The position numbers and the translations under genes are program-made. 64,000 bases of DNA from Deltaproteobacteria bacterium (GTDB lineage Bacteria > Myxococcota_A > UBA9160 > SMWR01): NCBI GenBank assembly GCA_032128115.1, contig JAQBHB010000047.1, forward strand, positions 96,001 through 160,000. The letters run 5' to 3'. Of the stretch, positions 9,809-17,609 are shown one piece after another. Within the stretch, counting starts at the first letter, position 1. Each line of letters begins with the position of its first letter. The notes under the pieces are model-generated. The model did no database searches, was not told where the DNA came from, and was given only the letters and a program-made list of their open reading frames with translations.

Positions 9809-10103
9809 ACCTGCCAGTAGACCGCGTGTCGATCGATCGGGTGGAGCTTGGCCTCGGCGCCCTGTTCTTGAAGGAACTCGGTTACCTTGGAGGAACCCGG
9901 TTACCGCCTCACGGCACGGGGGCCAGGAATGGTCTCTCGCCGCTCAGGTCGTATCGCTCCTCGGCCCGATCGGCTGCCAGGCTCGGTCGTTTCAGGCTCC
10001 AGGAACTCTCTTCGTAGAGAGAGGCGGTAAGGCAGCATTTCAGCAGATCCAGGTAGGCATCTCTGGGGTCGTTCCCCACTGCTTGAGCCAGGGCACTGGC
10101 CAT
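9805..10103 (-). pseudogene. TylF/MycF/NovP-family O-methyltransferase remnant (internal deletion plus frameshifting duplication)
   Basis: N-terminal DAYLDLLKCCLTASLYEES, then in other frames HSWPPCREAVT and VTEFLQEQGAEAKLHPIDRHAVYWQV*. These match both family termini within only about 300 bp. Confidence 0.8.
9868..9905. repeat. 19-bp imperfect tandem duplication inside the TylF remnant
   Basis: TTGAAGGAACTCGGTTACC / TTGGAGGAACCCGGTTACC, 17/19 identical. Confidence 0.9.
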
Positions 10104-10157
10104 CCGCTTCCGGCATCCATGGAATCCCGCTAGCGTCATCTACGCATAGGGGGGGGC

Positions 10158-10916
10158 ATGTTCGAAAGGTGGGCGCGGTCGCCGCGGCTCATGCGCTATG
10201 CGCGCCAATACCGCAATGTGGAGGGCTGGTTCAACAGGAAGAGCGTCCTGCTCTGGGATGCTTTCCTCGAGTTCCAGGAGAGAGCCGATATCCGAGGCCA
10301 TTTTCTCGAAATCGGTGTCTACCGCGGAAAGTCGGCGTTTCTCTCGACACTCTACAGCCGACCCGATGAGCAGTGCTGGTTCATCGATCTCCACATCGAC
10401 CCCGATTTCCGCAGGTCGATGGAAACCCTCAAGCCCGAAAACGCCCACTATCTCGAGATGTCGTCCTTCGACCTCGATCGCCACGCACACGCCTGCTTCC
10501 AGGAGGCCGGCCGCTTTCGCTGGATCCACATCGACGGGAATCACGGCGAACGGGCGGTCCTCAACGATCTTCAGATCGCGTCCGAACTGCTGGGGCCTGA
10601 CGGTGTCGTCGTGGTGGACGATTTTCTTTGCGCGTCCTGGCCCGGCGTGTCCGAGGGGGTGTTCCGCTATCTGCATGACCACGGGAACCGACTCGCGCTG
10701 TTCCTCTCGGGATTCAACAAGGGCTATCTGGTGCAGGTGGATGCCCTGGATCGCTACCGCGATTTCGTTCGCGATGGATTGTCAGCCCATCTTCGATCGC
10801 GGCGTTTCCGCGATTTCAGCCTCTTCGCGCCTGGCGCCGCGGACACCGGCGGCAGCACTCCCAGCTACGGCATCGGCAAGCGTTTCCGCGACCGCGATGT
10901 CGTCGTGTCGAACTGA
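10158..10916 (+). CDS. Class I SAM-dependent methyltransferase (Methyltransf_24-like)
   Basis: VEGWF, LEIGVYRGKS, IHIDGNH, DGVVVVDD, WPGV. Confidence 0.88.
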   Translation: MFERWARSPRLMRYARQYRNVEGWFNRKSVLLWDAFLEFQERADIRGHFLEIGVYRGKSAFLSTLYSRPDEQCWFIDLHIDPDFRRSMETLKPENAHYLEMSSFDLDRHAHACFQEAGRFRWIHIDGNHGERAVLNDLQIASELLGPDGVVVVDDFLCASWPGVSEGVFRYLHDHGNRLALFLSGFNKGYLVQVDALDRYRDFVRDGLSAHLRSRRFRDFSLFAPGAADTGGSTPSYGIGKRFRDRDVVVSN

Positions 10917-10928
10917 GGAGCAGGGAAC

Positions 10929-12326
10929 TCAGGTCCGCTCCGGCTCCAGGACCCGGTCCATGAACGCGGAGAGGCTGCGCTCGGTCCGGAATCGGGCGGC
11001 TGCAGCGCGCGAACGGGCCTCCAGTCGTTCGAATGACTTCGCCGCCTCGAGCGTCGCCGACGCGATGGACTCCGGGGTCCATCTCTCGTAGCTGACGAAT
11101 CCGGCACCCATGCGTTCCGCTTCCCGCGCGAGGAAGCTTTCGCGAGGAATGACTGTCACCAGGCCCAGCGCAAGCGATTCCAGAAAGATTCCAGACCCCT
11201 GGTAGTCGGTTTTCGGACCCGGCTCGTATGGAAACAACATGATGTCGATGTTGGCGAGGTAACGGTAATACTCGCCGATGGGAAGATTCCCCTCGCGGAG
11301 ATCGATCCGCGGCATCTCCGCGATCGGGCGGGAATCGAAGAGGTGCGACGGCGGGTTCTGGACATGCACCCGGAAGTGAACCTCTCCGTTTTGTCGGGCG
11401 ACCTCCGCGATGATCTGCGGAACCAGGTGTGACCCGCGATCGAAGCGCCAGTACCCCACGTATCCGACGCACGGGGGAGCGTCACCAACCCGCTTCGCCC
11501 GATCTTCCAGCAGGTTCGACGAGATGTAGGGGCTGCAGTAGAGCGGGGCGAGTTCGACACGGTTTCGCATCCCGCTCATTCGCATGAAGTCGTTTCGCAT
11601 CTCCCGGGTCTCGGCCAGAACGATGACCCGTTCCGGTGGGTAGGCCGCCACGCCATCGAACAGGGCTACGGCTTGTTCGTTGAAACCCCCATCGGGATCG
11701 CGATGGATGGGGTTGGCGAAGTAGATCACGGCGGTTGGGGCGTCTTCTCCTGATCGCGAGCGAAGCCAGGTTCCGATGCTGCCCGCACAACTGGTTTCGA
11801 GCGAATGGAAGATCACCACATCGTCGCGGAAGATGAATTCGCGGTCCAGCTCCAGGAACCGCAAGCGATTGAAGTCGTTCCACGCCTGGACCTTCCAGCG
11901 CCGCTTTCGCAGCTCCGACGGCGCCGGTCTCGGGGTCGACAGATGGGCGGGGGGGACGCTCTGCCAACGGGAACCCTTGACGAAAAAGGGAACGGCCCGG
12001 AGTGCCCGGCGGAGCTCCCGCGTGAGATCCAGGCGGCCGTAGCCCAGGCTCGAGATGCCGGGGCGGCGCTCCGCCTCCGTCAAGATCGCGTGGTTCATGT
12101 TGAAGTGATGCCCGAAGTGCTCCGCCAACTCCGGGTCGAATACGTGAACGACCCGCGCCGGATTCGCAAGTCGCGTTCGAGCCCGGACCAGAGGCCGCAG
12201 ACGGAGCCGTGGGAACAGGAATCTGGCCAGGCGAAGCGCGGCGCGCGGGTGCCCTCGACGCACGAGCCTCGAAACCGCGGAAACGGAAAGCGAGCGCAAC
12301 GAAGCGATCACGCGCGGTGCGATCAC
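10929..12326 (-). CDS. GT-B fold glycosyltransferase (divergent GT4-like)
   Basis: DPELAEHFGHHFN, VGYVGYWRFDRG, DIMLFPY...Y.GSGIFLESLALG. Confidence 0.75.
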   Translation of the reverse strand: MIAPRVIASLRSLSVSAVSRLVRRGHPRAALRLARFLFPRLRLRPLVRARTRLANPARVVHVFDPELAEHFGHHFNMNHAILTEAERRPGISSLGYGRLDLTRELRRALRAVPFFVKGSRWQSVPPAHLSTPRPAPSELRKRRWKVQAWNDFNRLRFLELDREFIFRDDVVIFHSLETSCAGSIGTWLRSRSGEDAPTAVIYFANPIHRDPDGGFNEQAVALFDGVAAYPPERVIVLAETREMRNDFMRMSGMRNRVELAPLYCSPYISSNLLEDRAKRVGDAPPCVGYVGYWRFDRGSHLVPQIIAEVARQNGEVHFRVHVQNPPSHLFDSRPIAEMPRIDLREGNLPIGEYYRYLANIDIMLFPYEPGPKTDYQGSGIFLESLALGLVTVIPRESFLAREAERMGAGFVSYERWTPESIASATLEAAKSFERLEARSRAAAARFRTERSLSAFMDRVLEPERT

Positions 12327-12511
12327 GTCGCGACGGTAGCAGCGATGCGAGTAGGTGTTCTTGTCATCACTTGTGGTGATTCGGAGGGTCTTCGCGCCTG
12401 TCTCTCCAGTGTCCGCCCACAGGCCCGGTCCTCTTGCTTCGCATGGATCCCAGGGGATCGCTCGAGGAATATACCGGCCTCACCGGATCCGGTCGGATAG
12501 TATGGGTGCCC

Positions 12512-13480
12512 ATGAAGGCAGCGGTGTATTTCGAGACCGGGGCGCCGGAGGTCTTTCGTTACGAGGAGGTGGCCGATCCGGTGTGTGAGCCGGGCGGCGT
12601 GCTGATCGACGTGCGCGCGGTGAGCATCGAGGGGGGCGACGTTTTGAATCGCGCCGGCGGCATGCTGGCCGCGAAGCCCCATATCGTCGGGTATCAGTGC
12701 GCTGGCGTCGTGGCCGAGGTGGGGGCCAACGTGCGCGACCGCAGCGTGGGCCAGCGCGTGGTGGCGGTGAATCTCAACGGCTCCCACGCCGAGCGCCGGG
12801 CGGCGCCGGTGGCCAACACCTGGGTGGTGCCCGACGACGTCGATCTCGAGGAGGCCTCCTGCGTGCCCATCGCCGTGGGCACGGCCGACGACTGTCTCTT
12901 CGAGTTCGGAAGGCTGGCGGCCGGCGAAACGGCGCTCATCCACGCGGGCGCCGGTGGGGTCGGCATGGCCGCCATCCAGCTGGCCAAGCGAGCCGGCGCC
13001 ACGGTGCTGGCCACGGCCTCGAGCGACGAGAAGCTCGAACGCCTGAAGGAATTCGGCCTGGATCACGGCATCAACTATCGCGAGCGGGATTTCGTGGAAG
13101 CCGTGCGTGAGCTCACGGGGGGACGCGGGGCCGATGTGGTGCTGGATTCTATCGGCGGTCACATTCTCGAGCAGAGCATCCAGGCGGCGGCCTACCGCGG
13201 GCGCATCACCAGCGTGGGCGGCGCCGGTCGCGACGAGTACCGCCCGGATGTCACGACCCTGCGCCCCGCGAACAAGTCGCTGATCGGCATCTTCTTCGGT
13301 GCCGAGTTGGCCCTGCACCACGATCGCGTGCACCCGATGGTGGCAAACCACATCGCCGACCTGGCCAAGGGGACCCTGCGCGTGGTGATCGACAGCCGCT
13401 TCCCGCTGGCCGAGGCTGCCGAGGCCCATCGCCGCATCGAGAGCCGCCAGGCCTTCGGCCGCGTCCTGCTCATCCCCTGA
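12512..13480 (+). CDS. MDR-family NADPH:quinone oxidoreductase
   Basis: MKAAVY..TGAPEV, LIHAGAGGVGMAAIQLAK, FPLAEAAEAHR.IESRQAFGRVLL. Confidence 0.92.
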   Translation: MKAAVYFETGAPEVFRYEEVADPVCEPGGVLIDVRAVSIEGGDVLNRAGGMLAAKPHIVGYQCAGVVAEVGANVRDRSVGQRVVAVNLNGSHAERRAAPVANTWVVPDDVDLEEASCVPIAVGTADDCLFEFGRLAAGETALIHAGAGGVGMAAIQLAKRAGATVLATASSDEKLERLKEFGLDHGINYRERDFVEAVRELTGGRGADVVLDSIGGHILEQSIQAAAYRGRITSVGGAGRDEYRPDVTTLRPANKSLIGIFFGAELALHHDRVHPMVANHIADLAKGTLRVVIDSRFPLAEAAEAHRRIESRQAFGRVLLIP

Positions 13481-13485
13481 GAAGA

Positions 13486-13941
13486 GTGGCCCCGCGAACC
13501 CTCAAGAAGTGGCTGATCGCGATCGCCGTTCTCTACCTCGTCTTTCCGCGCGACCTCGTTTTCGACTTCCTGGGGCGTGGTCTCGGCCTGATCGACGATC
13601 TGCTGGTCATGGTCCTACTGGCCTGGTTCTATCGCAGGCACCTGCGGGGCATGGCCGCGCGCGAAACGCAGGAGGGTGAGGGGCGGGAGCGCGACGCGCG
13701 TTCGAGTCGTGTGCACCCGGCGGCGTCCTGGTTTGATGCGTATGAGGTTCTGGGAATCCCCGCTTCGGCCTCCGCGGAAACGATCCGATCCGCCTACAAG
13801 GCCCGCATGAACGAATACCATCCCGACAAGGTGGCTCACCTGGGCAGGGAGCTCCAGGAACTCGCGCATCGCAAGACGTTGGAGATCCAGCAGGCGTATC
13901 AAGAGCTGGATGGAGGGATCCGATCGACGCCGCGGAGATGA
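13486..13941 (+). CDS. DUF1232/YkvA-like membrane segment fused to a C-terminal DnaJ domain
   Basis: YLVFPRDLVFDF..GLGLIDD followed by AYEVLGI...IRSAYK...YHPDKV...IQQAYQEL. Confidence 0.85.
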   Translation: MAPRTLKKWLIAIAVLYLVFPRDLVFDFLGRGLGLIDDLLVMVLLAWFYRRHLRGMAARETQEGEGRERDARSSRVHPAASWFDAYEVLGIPASASAETIRSAYKARMNEYHPDKVAHLGRELQELAHRKTLEIQQAYQELDGGIRSTPRR

Positions 13942-13952
13942 GGGCCGCGCAG

Positions 13953-13971
13953 CGGCTACTGCACGTAGCCG
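13953..13971. terminator. Hairpin between convergent genes
   Basis: CGGCTAC-TGCAC-GTAGCCG perfect 7-bp stem; no U-tract. Confidence 0.3.
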
Positions 13972-14034
13972 AACGAGCGGAGTCTTTCGACCCGAGCGGG
14001 ATCCTGGGCTTTGGATCTGTCCTCGAGCGCTCGC

Positions 14035-15750
14035 TCAGAGCTTCACCCGGGAAATGCGCGTATAGGCGCGCTGGGTCGTTTGCGCTTCGAATAGGGTTTC
14101 GAGCTGAAACTGCGGATCCAGCGTTACCGACAGCTCGGTAGGTTGGTGATCGGAGTACCGGATCTCCTGGAGAACCAGGATGTTCCTGTACCGGTGATCC
14201 CGGAGGTCCTCCAGCAGGACTTCCCGGTTGACGTTCGCGTACCCGCCCGAAACGGTTCCCCAGCCATACACCAGGTACCAATAGGGCGGTTCGAAGATGA
14301 TCAGATTGTCGCGCTCCGGGTAGTGCTCATTCAGGTAGTCGAGATTTGTGTAGTGCTCGCGAAAGCTGCCCCGGTAAGCGCTGCTGTGGTGCTCGGCGGC
14401 GATGGGCCAGTACAGGGTGATCAAACCGACAGCCATCACCACCGCGTAGTTCCTGGAGAGCCGAAAGTGGTCGATCGCTCCTGCCACGAAGAGCAGCGCC
14501 AGAAGCGCAAGTACCGGTAGGAAGACGATTCCGAATCGGCTGGAGACGAACTGCGTGAGGTCGCCGTAGTAGTAGGCGAAGATCACGGTGGCCTGCACGA
14601 TGCAGGAGAGTGCGGCGAGCACCAGCGTGGCGCTCAGTTCGGAAGGAATCCGGGTCCGGTGGCGCCAGAGGCGATGGGCGGCGTAGAGCCCGCCGAGGAG
14701 AGCCAGATAGAACACGGGCGGAACCGAACCGTACCGGGTCTCCCCGTGGCTGAAGAAGGTCCAGGCGTTCCCCAGGTTCTCTGGAATCCGGGAAAGGGCG
14801 AAGAGGGAATCGTCGCCCCCGATCCCGAACTGCCCCGGATCGCTCACCAGGCGGCGTTGCCAGAGAACGGGAAGGAACAGCAGAGGCAGGATCACCGAGC
14901 GGTAGGTCAGGGAACCATAATCCGATGGCCGAAGCTGGAACACGAGGAACAGGCCGAAGCACAGCACCCAGAGCGGCGACTCGTAACGGATCTGCGCCAG
15001 GATCACGAGCGTCAAGGCCAGCCGTTCCAGGTTCCGCGTCTTCCTCTCGACCAGGAACCGGTGAAGGAGCCAGAAGGCCCAGAGCACGAACAGCAGATTG
15101 ACGATCTCGAACCCGCCCGCCGTGCTGTAGGTGACCAGCATCGGAAACGAGGCCAACAGCAGCATCCCCACGCAACTCCAGAAGCGCGTGAAGCGGGTCT
15201 GCAGGAGCAGATAGAAGATGAAGAGACACCCTCCTGCGGCCGCTGCGTTCACGCCGAAGACGTTCTCAGCGCGGTACCCGGTAAGCGTGTGAACGATCGA
15301 CACGAAGAACGGGAAGAACAGGGGACGCCTTCCCAGGTACGAACTGACGATCTCCTGGTCGCCGAAGACATACAGGGTGTCCTGGGCTACGAGAATCGAC
15401 TGGTCGTGGTACATGGAGAAGGAGACAGCGGCGAGATGGATCTCGTCGCTGAAGACCCGGAACTTCGGTTCGCTCACGAGCACCATGGCGACGACTGTCA
15501 GGATCGCCAGGCCGAGCGCCGGTCCGTGCTTCCGGAACAGGGTCCGCCAGGGGAGGTTCCAGTTCTCGGGAAGCAGGGTCTGGAGCCACAGCAGGAAGGT
15601 GCCGAGCAGCACGAACCAGGTCGTCGATCGATACAGAATCTCGGCGTGGTCGATGGGTGGAATGCACCACATCGCAATCGCGACGCACGCAGAGATCGCT
15701 ACGGCGGCCACCTTCTCGATGGCGTCGTAGTGCTGCCAGATCGCCTTCAT
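14035..15750 (-). CDS. Polytopic membrane protein, GT-C / ArnT-PMT-like glycosyltransferase
   Basis: Many TM segments, first-loop FSDE acidic motif, RPLFFP, IRYE, soluble C-terminal domain. Confidence 0.75.
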   Translation of the reverse strand: MKAIWQHYDAIEKVAAVAISACVAIAMWCIPPIDHAEILYRSTTWFVLLGTFLLWLQTLLPENWNLPWRTLFRKHGPALGLAILTVVAMVLVSEPKFRVFSDEIHLAAVSFSMYHDQSILVAQDTLYVFGDQEIVSSYLGRRPLFFPFFVSIVHTLTGYRAENVFGVNAAAAGGCLFIFYLLLQTRFTRFWSCVGMLLLASFPMLVTYSTAGGFEIVNLLFVLWAFWLLHRFLVERKTRNLERLALTLVILAQIRYESPLWVLCFGLFLVFQLRPSDYGSLTYRSVILPLLFLPVLWQRRLVSDPGQFGIGGDDSLFALSRIPENLGNAWTFFSHGETRYGSVPPVFYLALLGGLYAAHRLWRHRTRIPSELSATLVLAALSCIVQATVIFAYYYGDLTQFVSSRFGIVFLPVLALLALLFVAGAIDHFRLSRNYAVVMAVGLITLYWPIAAEHHSSAYRGSFREHYTNLDYLNEHYPERDNLIIFEPPYWYLVYGWGTVSGGYANVNREVLLEDLRDHRYRNILVLQEIRYSDHQPTELSVTLDPQFQLETLFEAQTTQRAYTRISRVKL

Positions 15751-15759
15751 CGACCCGGT

Positions 15760-15787
15760 TTATCGGATCACTCTCGTGTGTGGTTGA
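15760..15787 (-). promoter_or_regulatory. Possible sigma28-like promoter
   Basis: Minus strand TCAA-N16-TCCGATAA just upstream of ATG 15750; the consensus is TAAA-N15-GCCGATAA. Confidence 0.25.
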
Positions 15788-15824
15788 GGCCGTCCGAGGC
15801 ACCCGGTGGCCCCGGGTGCGCGGA

Positions 15825-16247
15825 TCAAGCCCGCTTCGAACCCCTGCGCTTCGACGGGGTGGGCGCGTTCTTCGCGACGAAGCGGTGGTCCTCGATGAGC
15901 TGGAGCAGGTCGAAGGCGCTGAGGACACCCACCACCTTCTGCTCGTGTGTAACCACCACGCGGTGGATCCTGTGGTTACGCATCACTCGCGCCGCCGTGC
16001 TCACGTCGTCGTATTTTGTCACCGTGTAGATCTTCTCGGTCATGATCGTATTCACCGGGGAGCCACCCTTGAGCCCCGCGACCAGGTCGGTGGCCGACAC
16101 GATCCCGATGGGGGCCCCCTCGGAGTCGACCACCGGGATGGCGGTGACCCGGTTCCGCTCCATCAGCCCCCGGACGTGGTCGATGCTTGCGTGGGGCTCT
16201 GTGGTGATGACGGATTCGGTCATCAGCTCGTGGACCTTGGCGTTCAT
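15825..16247 (-). CDS. CBS domain pair protein
   Basis: KVHELMTESVIT...IPVVD...GIVSATDL...VNTIMT...VGVLSAFDLL. Confidence 0.9.
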   Translation of the reverse strand: MNAKVHELMTESVITTEPHASIDHVRGLMERNRVTAIPVVDSEGAPIGIVSATDLVAGLKGGSPVNTIMTEKIYTVTKYDDVSTAARVMRNHRIHRVVVTHEQKVVGVLSAFDLLQLIEDHRFVAKNAPTPSKRRGSKRA

Positions 16248-16305
16248 TCGGGCTCCCGGTTGGCAGGGGTTACGAAGGTCGCGATGGGAATCGGGACGAG
16301 ACCGA

Positions 16306-16881
16306 TCACGAGTCGCCTCCCCCCATTCGCCGGCGCAGCGACGCGACCGCCTGTTGGATCCACTCCGTAGACTGATCGCCCAGATCGGAGAGATCCGTGC
16401 GCAGTTCCTCGAGGGTCGACTCGATTTCCTCGCGGCGCCGCCGTCGCGGCGCCGCACGCCGCGCACCAAGCACCTCGCCGCGCACGGTCTCCCGCAAATC
16501 GCCGAGTTCGCGCCCCAGCTCCGCCACCACATCGTCCAGGGCCAGCAGGCCCACCACACGACCCTTGCGAAGAATGGGAATGCGCCGCACCGCGCGGGTT
16601 CGCATGCGATCGAGCACCTCCTGGAGCGGCTCCTCGGTCGAACCGGTCACCAGATCGCCGGTCATGACGTCCGACGCGATGGTCTTCTCCGGATCGCGGC
16701 CCGTCGCGACTGCGCGGCGCAGGAGATCCCGGTCGGTCACGATGCCGAGCGGCCCTCCCGCGTCGTCGACGACCACGACGCAGCCGACGGCGTACAGATC
16801 CATGCGGTCGGCCACGTCGATGAGCGACGCACCCGGGCCCACCTTGACAACCTGGGTCTCGTAATGTCCAACGTCTCGCAT
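16306..16881 (-). CDS. CBS domain pair protein with C-terminal helical tail
   Basis: VGCVVVVD...GIVTDRDL...VRRIPIL...GLLALDDV, then an Arg-rich linker and an amphipathic-looking helix. Confidence 0.88.
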   Translation of the reverse strand: MRDVGHYETQVVKVGPGASLIDVADRMDLYAVGCVVVVDDAGGPLGIVTDRDLLRRAVATGRDPEKTIASDVMTGDLVTGSTEEPLQEVLDRMRTRAVRRIPILRKGRVVGLLALDDVVAELGRELGDLRETVRGEVLGARRAAPRRRRREEIESTLEELRTDLSDLGDQSTEWIQQAVASLRRRMGGGDS

Positions 16882-16886
16882 GAGAA

Positions 16887-17357
16887 CTACTCCCCGATCG
16901 CACCCGGAGCGAGCGCGTGGTCTCCGCGAAGATCCGCGGGAAACTGGTGCCGGACCACGGTGGCCACTGCGGACAGCTCGCTCGAGATGAGCTGGAGCAT
17001 GTCGTCGCAGGTCACGAGGCCAGCGAGCTTCCCGGTCTCTTCGTCGACAACGGGAATGCGGCGGAGCGCGTTCTTCCGCATGAAGCGGATCGCGATCCAG
17101 ATGGGTGCGCCCGACGTGACGGTGATGACCGGCACGTGCATCACCGCGGAGAGCGGTGTTGCATCGGCATCGATCCGCCGCCGGATCGCGCCGAGCGCAA
17201 GATCCCGGTCGGTCACCATGCCAACAGGCCGGTGCGCGTCGTCGACGACCACCAGACATCCCACACCAAGCGAACCCATCCGCACTGCGGCGTCTCGAAC
17301 GGATTCGTTCGGCGTCGCAGTGGCGATCTCGGTTCGGCAGTACTCCGCTACCGGCAT
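16887..17357 (-). CDS. CBS domain pair protein
   Basis: VGCLVVVD..RPVGMVTDRDL...LRRIPVVD..GKLAGLVTCDD; GGGAGG RBS. Confidence 0.9.
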   Translation of the reverse strand: MPVAEYCRTEIATATPNESVRDAAVRMGSLGVGCLVVVDDAHRPVGMVTDRDLALGAIRRRIDADATPLSAVMHVPVITVTSGAPIWIAIRFMRKNALRRIPVVDEETGKLAGLVTCDDMLQLISSELSAVATVVRHQFPADLRGDHALAPGAIGE

Positions 17358-17397
17358 GGCCGCCTCCCGGGCGCGACGGCGCCCACCCGGATGCAAA

Positions 17398-17412
17398 GCA
17401 AACCGCATGCCG
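17398..17412 (-). promoter_or_regulatory. Sigma54 (-24/-12) promoter for the CBS operon
   Basis: Minus strand CGGCATGCGGTTTGC: GG-N10-GC with TTGC, about 40 bp upstream of ATG 17357. Confidence 0.65.
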
Positions 17413-17545
17413 CGGGTTCATCCGCAGGCTGTCCGGGACCGAGACCCACCGGTGCGGACGGGACACGACTCCCCATCGGCGGGGCACATCGTCCCAGTTG
17501 TCCCGGTTTGGCGCGCCCCTCGGCTCGAAGGCCCCGATTCGGGCT

Positions 17546-17560
17546 CGGAACGGGAATTGC
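17546..17560 (+). promoter_or_regulatory. Sigma54 (-24/-12) promoter for WS/DGAT
   Basis: CGGAACGGGAATTGC(A): GG-N10-GC, about 50 bp upstream of ATG 17610. Confidence 0.6.
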
Positions 17561-17609
17561 AGCCCATCCCGAGACGAGCCGGCGAAAGCCCACCTCCAAG
17601 GCAGCCACC

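Noticed and set aside
16917..17609. N-terminal extension of the WS/DGAT ORF (703 aa)
   Set aside because: It overlaps the antisense CBS gene and the promoter region; the family N-terminus begins at ATG 17610.
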